Of a DNA stretch of 28,440 bases, positions 9,911 through 18,092 are shown one piece after another; positions within the stretch are counted from its first letter, which is position 1, and each line of letters opens with the position of its first letter. The DNA lies in assembly GCA_045106895.1 (NCBI GenBank), contig JBGCFM010000232.1, positions 1 to 28,440 of the forward strand. Direction: 5' to 3'. A program made the translations under genes and the position numbers. Below the pieces are notes generated by a model. The model saw only the letters and a list, made by a program, of their open reading frames with translations, was not told the DNA's origin and searched no databases. The DNA comes from Polyangiales bacterium (GTDB taxonomy: Bacteria; Myxococcota_A; Polyangia; Polyangiales; Houyiibacteriaceae).

Positions 9911-11271
9911 AGCGGGAGCGTCGCGGGCGTCTGCGCACGGGCGATGCCCAGCGCACCGTTGAACATCGCATCGTTCGTCGCAGCGCTTGCGTCGCGGCCG
10001 ATTCCTTCATCCCAGCCGTCTTCGGGTGCGACATTCAGTTCGAAGGGCATGTCCGACGTGCGACCCGCGACGGCTCCAAGTGCACCCTCGGCTGCTTCGA
10101 CGCTGACGTCGGTAAACGTTGGCGGCGCTCCTACGCCTAGATCGAGAACGATGCCCGCGCGCTCGGAGCCTTGGATGTTCACGTTTCCGAAAGTCGCGCC
10201 GGCCAAATCACCGATGAGGTGCAGCCCGTCCCCCAACTCCAGCGTTGCGAAGAGTCCTGCCGCGCCGATGTTGCGAACGGATGCGGCAATGTTTGAGATG
10301 GTGATGTCCTGCACCGTGACGTCGTTGGAGTCGACGACGACGATCGCCGCGAAACGTGTGTCCACGATGGAGCTGTCAGCAAGGCGGAACGAGGACGCGT
10401 CTCCGACCCAGACAGCTGCGTCACCGCCGCCCACAGCGTCAAGGCTGTCGATGGAGGCTGATCCGGCTTGGGCTACGACGCCATAACGTTCGCTTCTGTG
10501 CATCTGGAGTCCGTCTGCGGTCCACGCTGCCTCATTGGCGACGAGGGCGATGGACGGCTCTCCCCTAAGGCCTTGGTACGTGTCATTGATCTCTAGGTCG
10601 ACGAAGTCGCTTTGGCCCCCGAAGAGCAAAACACCGTATCCAAGGGTGTGGCGCACGCTTAGCGTTTCAACGTTCACGTTGCTGTCATTGGCGACGAACC
10701 CGGCCCATGCCATGCCGTCGACCACCACGTCGCTCACACTCACGCTCGCCACATCTGCGAGCGAAATACCAATGGACTCCGTCTCTTCGATCCAACGCTC
10801 ATCTCCGGCGTTCTCTGGGGAGATCGGACCGCGGATCGTGACGCCGCGTAACTCGGCGCTTGCCACGCCGTTGGCGGCAACTCCGTGCCCAGCTTCGACG
10901 TCGATGTCTACACCTTCGATGATCACCCCGCCGGACCCCTGAACATCGATGGCAACCCCCCTTCCTAAGACGCTGAGGTTGCGGACCACCGTGATGAGAT
11001 CGGGTTGAGTGTCGAGGGTAATGGCCACCAGGTTGCCAGGGAGGGCATCGATGGATGAGGTGGAGGAGTCGACACCCTCGAGGGTGACGCCGGCGGGTAC
11101 GCGGATGTCCCCCGGTAGAGTGCACGCTCCGATGCGCACCACGTCTCCCGGCCGCGCTTCCATTAGTCGTGCAGGCAGGGATGCGCACTCGTCGAGGGAC
11201 TCGCAGCCAAAGGCACCCGTGATGGTGCCAAGGACGAATAGAAGGACGGCGCACCACGGAGAAGAGTTCAT
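9907..11271 (-). CDS. Lipoprotein with right-handed parallel beta-helix repeats
   Basis: GGAGG RBS (CCTCC at 11277-11281) before ATG 11271; signal ending AFGC; ARPGDVVRIGACTLPGDIRVPAGVTLEG beta-helix entry motif; same architecture class as 2717-4972. Confidence 0.8.
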   Translation of the reverse strand: MNSSPWCAVLLFVLGTITGAFGCESLDECASLPARLMEARPGDVVRIGACTLPGDIRVPAGVTLEGVDSSTSSIDALPGNLVAITLDTQPDLITVVRNLSVLGRGVAIDVQGSGGVIIEGVDIDVEAGHGVAANGVASAELRGVTIRGPISPENAGDERWIEETESIGISLADVASVSVSDVVVDGMAWAGFVANDSNVNVETLSVRHTLGYGVLLFGGQSDFVDLEINDTYQGLRGEPSIALVANEAAWTADGLQMHRSERYGVVAQAGSASIDSLDAVGGGDAAVWVGDASSFRLADSSIVDTRFAAIVVVDSNDVTVQDITISNIAASVRNIGAAGLFATLELGDGLHLIGDLAGATFGNVNIQGSERAGIVLDLGVGAPPTFTDVSVEAAEGALGAVAGRTSDMPFELNVAPEDGWDEGIGRDASAATNDAMFNGALGIARAQTPATLPL

Positions 11272-11367
11272 TCGCACCTCCGATATATTCCACACCGAAG
11301 AAGTGCGCGCGAGCATTTTGGGCCTGGGCACAGTGAGCGGACGAGCGCGGAGTCGGCCCGCTCTGAT

Positions 11368-11396
11368 GTCAGTGACGTATCAGTCTCATATCAGTG
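11368..11396. promoter_or_regulatory. Three TCAGT direct repeats with an exact 11-bp period (wHTH-type binding site candidate)
   Basis: TCAGT at 11369, 11380 and 11391 in GTCAGTGACGTATCAGTCTCATATCAGTG, within a divergent intergenic region. Confidence 0.55.
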
Positions 11397-11457
11397 TGTT
11401 GCCAGGGGAGGCTCACGTAAGACCCCTCCTCAATCTTGTAACGCCAAAAGGTGACCC

Positions 11458-12183
11458 ATGTTCGACTCTCATTGTCTTCCGTACTTCGCTCCGCTTCGAC
11501 TACTTCTCGCGCTCAGCGCTACCTCGTTCTTCGGCTGCGCTTCTGAGCATGGGAGCGTTGGAAACGCGGACTGTGGCTCCATCGCGCGGACGTATCGGGC
11601 GGCTTGCCCTCTGGACGAGAGCGACTTCGCAGCGGACTTCGCCCTCGCGTGTCAGGTCATCGATCTTGTCAGCGAGTGTCCAGGTGAACGCGCCGCGTTG
11701 CTCAGCTGCTACGATGATGGCTTCGACGGTTTCGCTGGGGCTGTTTGCGGCGACGACTTGGCCGACGTGGCTTGTCGCCTCGAAAGCGAAGCATTCGAAC
11801 TGTGCGTTGAGCGGGCACCGAAGGCGCCTGCTTGCATTGGACGGGCGGCAGATTGCTACGACCTCGGCGTCGACCTTTGCGTCGCACAACTCGGCTGTGA
11901 ATGGACGGGCACATGCCGGAGCTCCGCACGCGCCTGTGTGCGGCTCGAGGATCAAACGACTTGCGACGGACAGTTCGGTTGTGAATGGGACCTCGGCGGA
12001 GAAGTCGGTCGCTGCGATGGTACCCGTCTCGGATGCGGAGAGCTCAACAGCATCGACGCTTGTTTCGACCAACTCGGTTGCTACGTGTTGGGTTCGCGCT
12101 GCGATGGATCTGCGGCATCTTGCGGCGACTTCCGCAGTTCCACCGGCTGCAATCAACAAGCAGGGTGCAACTGGGAGGAATGA
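11458..12183 (+). CDS. Cys-rich lipoprotein with four C-terminal 4-Cys repeats
   Basis: Signal LRLLLALSATSFFGC; four repeats C-x6-C-x7/8-C-x2-Q-x-G-C-x-W/V (nt 11833-12174). Exact start uncertain. Confidence 0.78.
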   Translation: MFDSHCLPYFAPLRLLLALSATSFFGCASEHGSVGNADCGSIARTYRAACPLDESDFAADFALACQVIDLVSECPGERAALLSCYDDGFDGFAGAVCGDDLADVACRLESEAFELCVERAPKAPACIGRAADCYDLGVDLCVAQLGCEWTGTCRSSARACVRLEDQTTCDGQFGCEWDLGGEVGRCDGTRLGCGELNSIDACFDQLGCYVLGSRCDGSAASCGDFRSSTGCNQQAGCNWEE

Positions 12184-12198
12184 AAGGAGCGCTCGGCG

Positions 12199-13629
12199 TT
12201 ATCCAGCACTGGCACACCCTTGCCGAAGTGCGCGCTCTTTGAGGCGCCGCAGGCGTTCCACGGCCCGCGGCATCCGGTAGGCTTGAATCTGTGCCAAGGC
12301 CTCGTCCGCCGAGTCGGCGGCGCGCTCAAACTCCGAGAGGCGCTGGTAGGCCGAGACGCGGGTGATGAGCGCCGCGGCGACGCGTCCCGGAGGCACGGCT
12401 TTGGGCCCCATGCCTGCGCCGCGGGCGAGGGCGAGGAAGACCGCGATGATCCGCAGATCACGGCGTGGGTCGCGGCCTCCACGAATCACTGCCGGCCATA
12501 GGGCGTCGGCGAGGCGGACCTGTTCGGACTTGCCCAAGTAGGAGCGGCTGGCCTGCCGCGCGTAGCTCGCAGCTTCGTCAAAGCGTCCGCGGCGGATGGC
12601 GTTTCGGATGCGTTCCAGCTCGCCGAGGGGCGACTTCGAGGCGCCTTCGGCGGCGGAGGAGACGCGACGAATCACTTCGTCAAAGTAGTAGAGGTCCGGT
12701 CCCGCGTTTTCGTTGCGTTGAGGCGCCGTGGCGCGAAGACGCCCGGCGAAGAAACGAAGCGGGTCTCGGGTGAGCGCCGGCGCAGCGACGCGGAACGCAC
12801 GTAGCAAAGCCTCGAAGACACGCTCCGCGGGGAGCGTCCGCTCATCGACGACGAAGCGTACGTTTGGGTGGTCACGAAGCCAGGATGGCAAGTCATGTCC
12901 CGAGTGCTCGTTGTACAAAAACCAGTAGAGCTGGTGGCGCAGACCGCTCTTTAGGCGCTGTCGGAGAGACTGCATGATCACGTCTTGCTCCCAGCCCGAG
13001 TATCCGACGACGAGAGGCGCCCGCGACCGAAGCGCATCATCGAGAAGATCGCTCATGCCTGTTCCACCACGCATGCCGCGGGCACGCTCCGCGATCTCCT
13101 GGCCCGTGTTGACGAGGTCGTAGAACCAGTAGGTGCCGTGGACATGGACGACCTGTTTGTCGTCGGAGCTCAGGTCGATGCGAGCGCTCGTCGCGGGGTG
13201 ATCACAGACGACGTGCGGGTAGCCGAAGAGCTCGAGACCCCGCCGCAGAAAGTCGTCGAAGTTCGATGTCACCACAAGGTTCGTGAGGGAACCGCTGCCG
13301 AGGAGATGTGCCAAACGAAGGTTCGCGTCCGTGAGCGGCTTGCCTTCGATCTTCGCGCGAAAGTACGCCCGGCGCTGGTCGGGGTCTGGCCAGGCTTCCT
13401 CTAGCCAGTAGGAATAGGCCCCGCCGGCGTCATCAGGAGCCGAGCCTTTTGGCGTCCCTAGGCGTAAGGCGCGGGTGCGGCACTCGGCCTCAATGACGTG
13501 CGCCAGGGGGACCGAAGGCACGGAGATTCCGGCGCCACAGACGAAGAAATAGGGCGACGTTGTGCGCTGGTTTTGACGGTGCGTTTCGCGGATGCGAGTC
13601 GCGGCGGTTTCGAGGGAGACGTACTTCAT
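12199..13629 (-). CDS. SIR2-like (SIR2_2-type, putative NADase) protein with C-terminal helical/TPR-like region
   Basis: GAGISVPSVP Rossmann loop, VVTSNFDD, VHVHG and LVVGYSGWEQD motifs; last ~150 aa are Ala/Arg-rich helices. Start probably MKYVSL (13629). Confidence 0.85.
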   Translation of the reverse strand: MKYVSLETAATRIRETHRQNQRTTSPYFFVCGAGISVPSVPLAHVIEAECRTRALRLGTPKGSAPDDAGGAYSYWLEEAWPDPDQRRAYFRAKIEGKPLTDANLRLAHLLGSGSLTNLVVTSNFDDFLRRGLELFGYPHVVCDHPATSARIDLSSDDKQVVHVHGTYWFYDLVNTGQEIAERARGMRGGTGMSDLLDDALRSRAPLVVGYSGWEQDVIMQSLRQRLKSGLRHQLYWFLYNEHSGHDLPSWLRDHPNVRFVVDERTLPAERVFEALLRAFRVAAPALTRDPLRFFAGRLRATAPQRNENAGPDLYYFDEVIRRVSSAAEGASKSPLGELERIRNAIRRGRFDEAASYARQASRSYLGKSEQVRLADALWPAVIRGGRDPRRDLRIIAVFLALARGAGMGPKAVPPGRVAAALITRVSAYQRLSEFERAADSADEALAQIQAYRMPRAVERLRRLKERALRQGCASAG

Positions 13630-13639
13630 GAGGCTTGGC

Positions 13640-13897
13640 CCCATGGATCCATATGGGTGTGTCAGAAACCTCGATGACCGGTTTTCTAGGCCCCTGGCGC
13701 GCGAGTCCAAAGCACGTGAGGGCCGCGATGATCCCCCATCACGACGATCAGTCCGAACCCCGCCTTGCGCTGACCCGCGTAAATCGAACGAATCTGAGCG
13801 AGAATGAGATCCTCAAGGGCCGGCGAAAGCGTACGAGCGAAGCCACTGCATCTCCCCGAGTTCGAGGAGAACTGAGGGTCAGCGTCGCAGGAGATCG
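13640..13897 (-). other. Hairpin-rich intergenic segment upstream of the SIR2 gene (structured leader, ncRNA or miniature repeat element)
   Basis: Five stems seen: 13640-13657, 13664-13687, 13724-13743, 13851-13870 and the long-range pair 13768-13776/13876-13884. Confidence 0.4.
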
Positions 13898-16800
13898 CTA
13901 GAGCTCAAGGCCCTGGACGGGCGCAGCCGTAGGCAGGGCGAGGTCTTCGCCGGTGCCGCAGATGCCGTCCCAGCATCCGCCCCAACACGACGCGCTTCCG
14001 TCGGCGCGGACCGCGCAGGTTGCCGGGGCGTCGATGCCCCCGCTGCCGAGGGCTACGGCGTCGTTTAGACCGACGACGTCGACGGGCGTGGCGCTCTCGT
14101 CGGTGGTTCCGTCGCCAAGCTCGTAGTTCTGGTTGTTGCCCCAGCAGACCGCTTGGCCGCCGCTGCGGATGGCGCAGCTGTGAGAGGTGTAGGCCTGGAC
14201 GTGGATGGCGTCGGAGAGCCCGCTCACCATGTTTGGCGTGACGCTCGTCGTGGGTACGGCGCCGCCGGATTGACGTTCCGCGTTGCGTCCCCAGCACCAG
14301 ACTTGGCCCGACGATGCTCCTCCGGCGCTGCGCTGAATGGCGCAGGCGTGGCGATACCCCGCAGTCACCATGATGGCGTCGTCGAGGGGGGCGATGGCGA
14401 GCGGCGTAGGCGAGTCCAAGAGCCCTGCGTCACCGAGCTGTCCACCGTTGTTGTCGCCCCAGCAGACCACCTGGTCGTCGCTTCGGAGCGCACACACGTA
14501 GCTGGGTCCGACGGAGAGCTGCGATGCGGAGAGACCGACGACGGGCTGCGCTGGGCCGTCATCGACGCCTCCGCCGATGACGCCGCGTCCAAGCTGGCCG
14601 TTGTCGTCGAGACCTCGGCAGTTCACCACCGAACCCTGAAGCGCGCAGGCGAAGGTCGTGCCCATCCCGACCTCGTCCACGTTGCCGCTGAAGGTCATGG
14701 CGGACGGGGCGAGGCGTGGGCCCGTCCCGAACTGAATGCGTCCACCGCTGTTGAAGCCAAACCCGAAGGCCGTGCCCGTCGTCGTGGTGATGCTCGTGCC
14801 GTTGATCGCCGTCCGAACGCTTGTCGCGCTTCGAATATTGCCGGGCGTCGCTCCGATCGGCGCGCCACCGAGTCGACCAAAGCCGTCGGGATCCTGTCCC
14901 CAGCAATAGACGTCTCCGTCCGAGACGGCACATGAGTGAGTCCGCTCGACGCTGATCTCCGTCGCCATCGAGAGACCGGTGACAGGCGTGGGGGCGGTGC
15001 GAACGATGGTCGCGTCGCGACCGAGTTGGCCACGTGCGTTGCTGCCCCAGCAGTCCAGGCCGTCTTCGCCGAAGGCGCAGGTGTAGTTGTGAACGGCGGT
15101 GAGGAGCGCTTCCGCCGACACCCCAGCGGGCGTCGCTGGGACTCTCGAATCGACGAGGGTCCCCGTTCCGAGCTCGCCGTCGTCTCCACGTCCCCAACAG
15201 CGCGGCTCGCCATCGACGCTCGCGCAGGTGTGTTCCAGGCCGGCGCTGATGTCTGACACGACGCCGACAGCGATGACTTGAGGTGCGAGGCTGCCCATGG
15301 CCGTGCCGTTGCCGAACTGACCGTTGTCGTTGATGCCCCAGCACCACATATTCCCGGCGGCGCTGACTGCACAGGTGTGGTTGTCGCCGGCGGCGATGTC
15401 CACGATGCCGGAGAGGCCCACATCTTCGGCGTGGTTCTCATTCCCGACGGCGCCGGTTCCCACCTGACCGCGGTCGTTCAGACCCCAGCATCGGACGCTG
15501 CCGTCGACGAGACGAACGCAGCCGTGACCGCTGCCATAGACAAGCTGAGCGACGGGTTCGTCGAGGGGCGAAAGATCCACGTCGGCCACACGGGCGGGGA
15601 GTGGTTCGCTTCCTCCTGCGACGCCGGTGCCCAGCTGTGAGCCGCTGTTGCTGCCCCAGCACCAGACATGCTGTTCGTCATCGACGGCGCAGTTGGAGCG
15701 CTGGCCCCCAGCGATCTGGGTGAACGTGCGCGCATTGAATGTCGCGTCACCGAAGAGGCGGCGTGGTCGCGTGGTTGGAATCTCTGGAGCGCCCGTCGCT
15801 CCTCCGGCGCTGCTTCCCCAGCACCAAATATCTCCATCCATGTCGATGGCGCAGGTGTTGCTCTGACCGACGCTGATCTCGCGGACCAAGAACGCCTCGC
15901 TCATCGTCGCGGGGTCGAGGACCATGGCCGGAAGTGGACGCGCGGTGAACGTGCCGTCGCCAAGCTGGCCATTGAGGTTGGTTCCCCAGCAGAACATCGT
16001 CCCCGAGCTACGGCGCACGCAGATGTGCTCGTCTTGCCCGGTGACCTCTTCGATGGGGTCGCAGAAACCGTCGACGCAGGGGCCATCACAGATGACGCCG
16101 CAGCCACCGCAGTTCATCGAGTCGTTGAGGATGTCGACCTCACACCCCGTCGAGTCGTCTCCGTCGCAGTTGCTGAACTGATCGATGGGGTCGCATTGGT
16201 CGACCACACAGGCGCTCTCGGCGCAGGTCCAGAGCGCGTTCATGCCCTCGCAGGCCATTTCGCACATGCCGCAGTGTTCGACGGTGGTGGTCGTGTCGAC
16301 CTCGCAGCCGTCGCCCTGCATCAAGTTGCAGTCGCCGCGTCCTTCTTCACAGGCGTAGGAGCAGGAGGACATCTCGCAGGTCGCCATTGCGCGTGGAGGC
16401 GCTGGGCAGACCGGCGCGAGGCAGGCGCCGCAGTTGGAGGGATCCGTTGCGAAGTCAACGCAGCCACCGTTGCACTCCATCTCTCCGTCCTCGCAGTTGG
16501 GTACGCAGATGGCGCTCCCGTCATCCTGCACGTCGCAAAGTGAGGTCGGGAAACGACATTGGACTTCGCAGCTTCCGCAGGCCGCAGCCGTGTTGAGCCG
16601 GACCTCGCACCCGTCGAAGGGCGGGTTCCCGTTGCAGTCGCCGAAGCCTTCTTGGCAGCCTTCGAATTCGCAGGTGCCATTGACGCAAGACTCGTCGGCT
16701 TGCTCGAAGTCACAGACCTCGCCGCAGCGTCCGCAATGGTCGATGCTCTCGTTTGTATTGATCTCGCAGCCGTTGTTGAAGGCCATGTCGCAGTCGGCGA

Positions 16801-17092
16801 AGCCGTCGAAGCAGCTTTCGATGACGCAGGTGCCTTCAAAGCCGCAGATCGCGCTGGCGTTTGTGGCGTTGCATTCCTCGTTGTCGCTGCAGTCCGGGGC
16901 TGGACCGACGTCCATGCCAGTGTTCCCGTCCTGGGAGGCCACGTCGGCGTCGCTCTGCGTGTCTGCGAAGGCTCCGTCGAGGCCCGTGTCGGGGCCACCA
17001 TCGACGGGGATCTCATAATCGCCGCTGCTGGCGATGATGGAGCAGCCTGCGAGGGAAAGGCAGGCGAAGGCGAGTCCAAGGATTTTCACCAC
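13898..17092 (-). CDS. Lipoprotein with Cys-rich stalk and 14 RCC1/BLIP-II repeats
   Basis: GTG start at 17092 or 17089; lipobox LAGC; repeated DC...GCE...HCGxC modules; 14 CWGxNxxGQLG-type repeats counted. Confidence 0.9.
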   Translation of the reverse strand: MVKILGLAFACLSLAGCSIIASSGDYEIPVDGGPDTGLDGAFADTQSDADVASQDGNTGMDVGPAPDCSDNEECNATNASAICGFEGTCVIESCFDGFADCDMAFNNGCEINTNESIDHCGRCGEVCDFEQADESCVNGTCEFEGCQEGFGDCNGNPPFDGCEVRLNTAAACGSCEVQCRFPTSLCDVQDDGSAICVPNCEDGEMECNGGCVDFATDPSNCGACLAPVCPAPPRAMATCEMSSCSYACEEGRGDCNLMQGDGCEVDTTTTVEHCGMCEMACEGMNALWTCAESACVVDQCDPIDQFSNCDGDDSTGCEVDILNDSMNCGGCGVICDGPCVDGFCDPIEEVTGQDEHICVRRSSGTMFCWGTNLNGQLGDGTFTARPLPAMVLDPATMSEAFLVREISVGQSNTCAIDMDGDIWCWGSSAGGATGAPEIPTTRPRRLFGDATFNARTFTQIAGGQRSNCAVDDEQHVWCWGSNSGSQLGTGVAGGSEPLPARVADVDLSPLDEPVAQLVYGSGHGCVRLVDGSVRCWGLNDRGQVGTGAVGNENHAEDVGLSGIVDIAAGDNHTCAVSAAGNMWCWGINDNGQFGNGTAMGSLAPQVIAVGVVSDISAGLEHTCASVDGEPRCWGRGDDGELGTGTLVDSRVPATPAGVSAEALLTAVHNYTCAFGEDGLDCWGSNARGQLGRDATIVRTAPTPVTGLSMATEISVERTHSCAVSDGDVYCWGQDPDGFGRLGGAPIGATPGNIRSATSVRTAINGTSITTTTGTAFGFGFNSGGRIQFGTGPRLAPSAMTFSGNVDEVGMGTTFACALQGSVVNCRGLDDNGQLGRGVIGGGVDDGPAQPVVGLSASQLSVGPSYVCALRSDDQVVCWGDNNGGQLGDAGLLDSPTPLAIAPLDDAIMVTAGYRHACAIQRSAGGASSGQVWCWGRNAERQSGGAVPTTSVTPNMVSGLSDAIHVQAYTSHSCAIRSGGQAVCWGNNQNYELGDGTTDESATPVDVVGLNDAVALGSGGIDAPATCAVRADGSASCWGGCWDGICGTGEDLALPTAAPVQGLEL

Positions 17093-17227
17093 GCGATCAT
17101 GACAGAATCGTAGGCACAGTGCGACATGTGCTCTGCGGCCCTGAGACGTGCTGAGATGACTCACTCATAGCGTACCAAGACAGCGCCTTCGGCGGCTCCG
17201 GCCCCTCGGCGATGGCATACTCGCGGC

Positions 17228-18082
17228 ATGTGCTTCCGCGTTTGGCTCTGCTGTGCTCTTGGCCTGGTTTTGGTCTCGTCGACGGAAGCACAAGTCGATG
17301 CGGAGGCTAGCGTTCAGGCGGAGGCCAGTGTTCAGGCCAGCGTTCAGGCGGAGGGCAGTGTTCGGGACGAAGCCAGCGTTCAAGCGGAGGCTACGGTTCA
17401 GGGCGAAGCCACGGAAGTCGAAGTTGCTGAACTCCCGGTCATTCACGCCCAGCCTGCGCAGCCTGCGCAGCCTGCGCAGCCTATCGAGGCGCCACCCGTC
17501 GACGACGAACCGGTTTTGGAGCAGGCGAGGGAACACACGCCCAACGAAGCAGCCGAGGAGCCGGCGCGTGCGCCCGTAGGCGAAGCACCACGGCTCGTCC
17601 TCGCTACGACCCTCGGCGGCCTTGCGGGCGTGGTCGGCGGGTTTGGTTTGTCCTGGGGACCGAGCTTTGTGGTCGCCGGAACCAACGAAGGCGCCGACGA
17701 CGCGCGCATCGCCGCCTACATCATGGGCATCACCACCTGGGGCACGCCGCTCACCACGGCCGTGGGCATCTTCGCTGCGGGTCGAGCCGCGGGCGGACAA
17801 GGGAACTTTGGGGTCACGCTCTTGGGAACGACCCTCGGCGGCATCCTCGGCGCTGGCCTCGCGGGGCTCTCCTACGCCGCGGAGCAATCGCAGGCGCTGA
17901 CCCTCACCGGCGTGCTCAGTATCCCCGTGCTCCAGTGGGCGGGGGGCGTCCTCGCCTATCACCTCTCGCACCGCGCGCGGAGAGACTCTGGGGAGCAACC
18001 CGCTGAACCTCGTCGACAAGCACTGCCAAGCGTCAGCGTTCATCCTGGGGGCGCTTCCTTCGGGTGGGGCGGCACCTTCTAG
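17228..18082 (+). CDS. Secreted/membrane hypothetical protein with low-complexity repeats
   Basis: Signal peptide ending TEA-Q; ASVQAE repeats; PAQ repeats; Gly-rich hydrophobic helices; C-terminal GASFGWGGTF ending in an aromatic residue. Confidence 0.75.
   Translation: MCFRVWLCCALGLVLVSSTEAQVDAEASVQAEASVQASVQAEGSVRDEASVQAEATVQGEATEVEVAELPVIHAQPAQPAQPAQPIEAPPVDDEPVLEQAREHTPNEAAEEPARAPVGEAPRLVLATTLGGLAGVVGGFGLSWGPSFVVAGTNEGADDARIAAYIMGITTWGTPLTTAVGIFAAGRAAGGQGNFGVTLLGTTLGGILGAGLAGLSYAAEQSQALTLTGVLSIPVLQWAGGVLAYHLSHRARRDSGEQPAEPRRQALPSVSVHPGGASFGWGGTF
17306..17413 (+). repeat. Degenerate 18-bp coding tandem repeat (ASVQAE, about 6 copies)
   Basis: GCTAGCGTTCAGGCGGAG / GCCAGTGTTCAG / GCCAGCGTTCAGGCGGAG / GGCAGTGTTCGGGACGAA / GCCAGCGTTCAAGCGGAG / GCTACGGTTCAGGGCGAA. 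Confidence 0.85.
17450..17482 (+). repeat. Perfect 9-bp coding tandem repeat (CAGCCTGCG x3 plus partial)
   Basis: CAGCCTGCG CAGCCTGCG CAGCCTGCG CAGCCT, encoding QPAQPAQPAQP. Confidence 0.9.
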
Positions 18083-18092
18083 AGCGATCATC

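Noticed and set aside
2717..12183. Impression of slightly lower GC and more T-ending codons (possible acquired island)
   Set aside because: Not quantifiable by eye, and no integrase, tRNA or flanking direct repeats; needs a GC3/codon-usage calculation.
12210..12224. TGGCACACCCTTGC sigma54-like sequence
   Set aside because: GG-N9-GC spacing is wrong, and it lies inside the 3' end of the SIR2 gene.
11009..12280. 423-aa plus-strand ORF
   Set aside because: Overlaps two better-supported lipoprotein genes; Ser/Arg/Ala-rich off-frame composition.
13745..13870. tRNA or Y-RNA-like element (GTTCG motifs)
   Set aside because: No T-arm stem or cloverleaf could be formed around either GTTCG.
13811..13885. 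Resemblance to c-di-GMP-I or cobalamin riboswitch fragments (GCGAAAGC, AAGCCACTG)
   Set aside because: Other conserved elements are missing, and the plus strand has no downstream gene to regulate.
13630..13897. Retron msr-msd interpretation of the inverted repeats
   Set aside because: No reverse transcriptase gene in the window.
17213..17228. TGGCATACTCGCGGCA, a GG-N10-GC match
   Set aside because: The predicted +1 would fall downstream of the ATG at 17228 that provides the signal peptide; poor -12 context.
17306..17482. CRISPR-like array
   Set aside because: Repeats are contiguous in-frame coding units without unique spacers; no cas genes.
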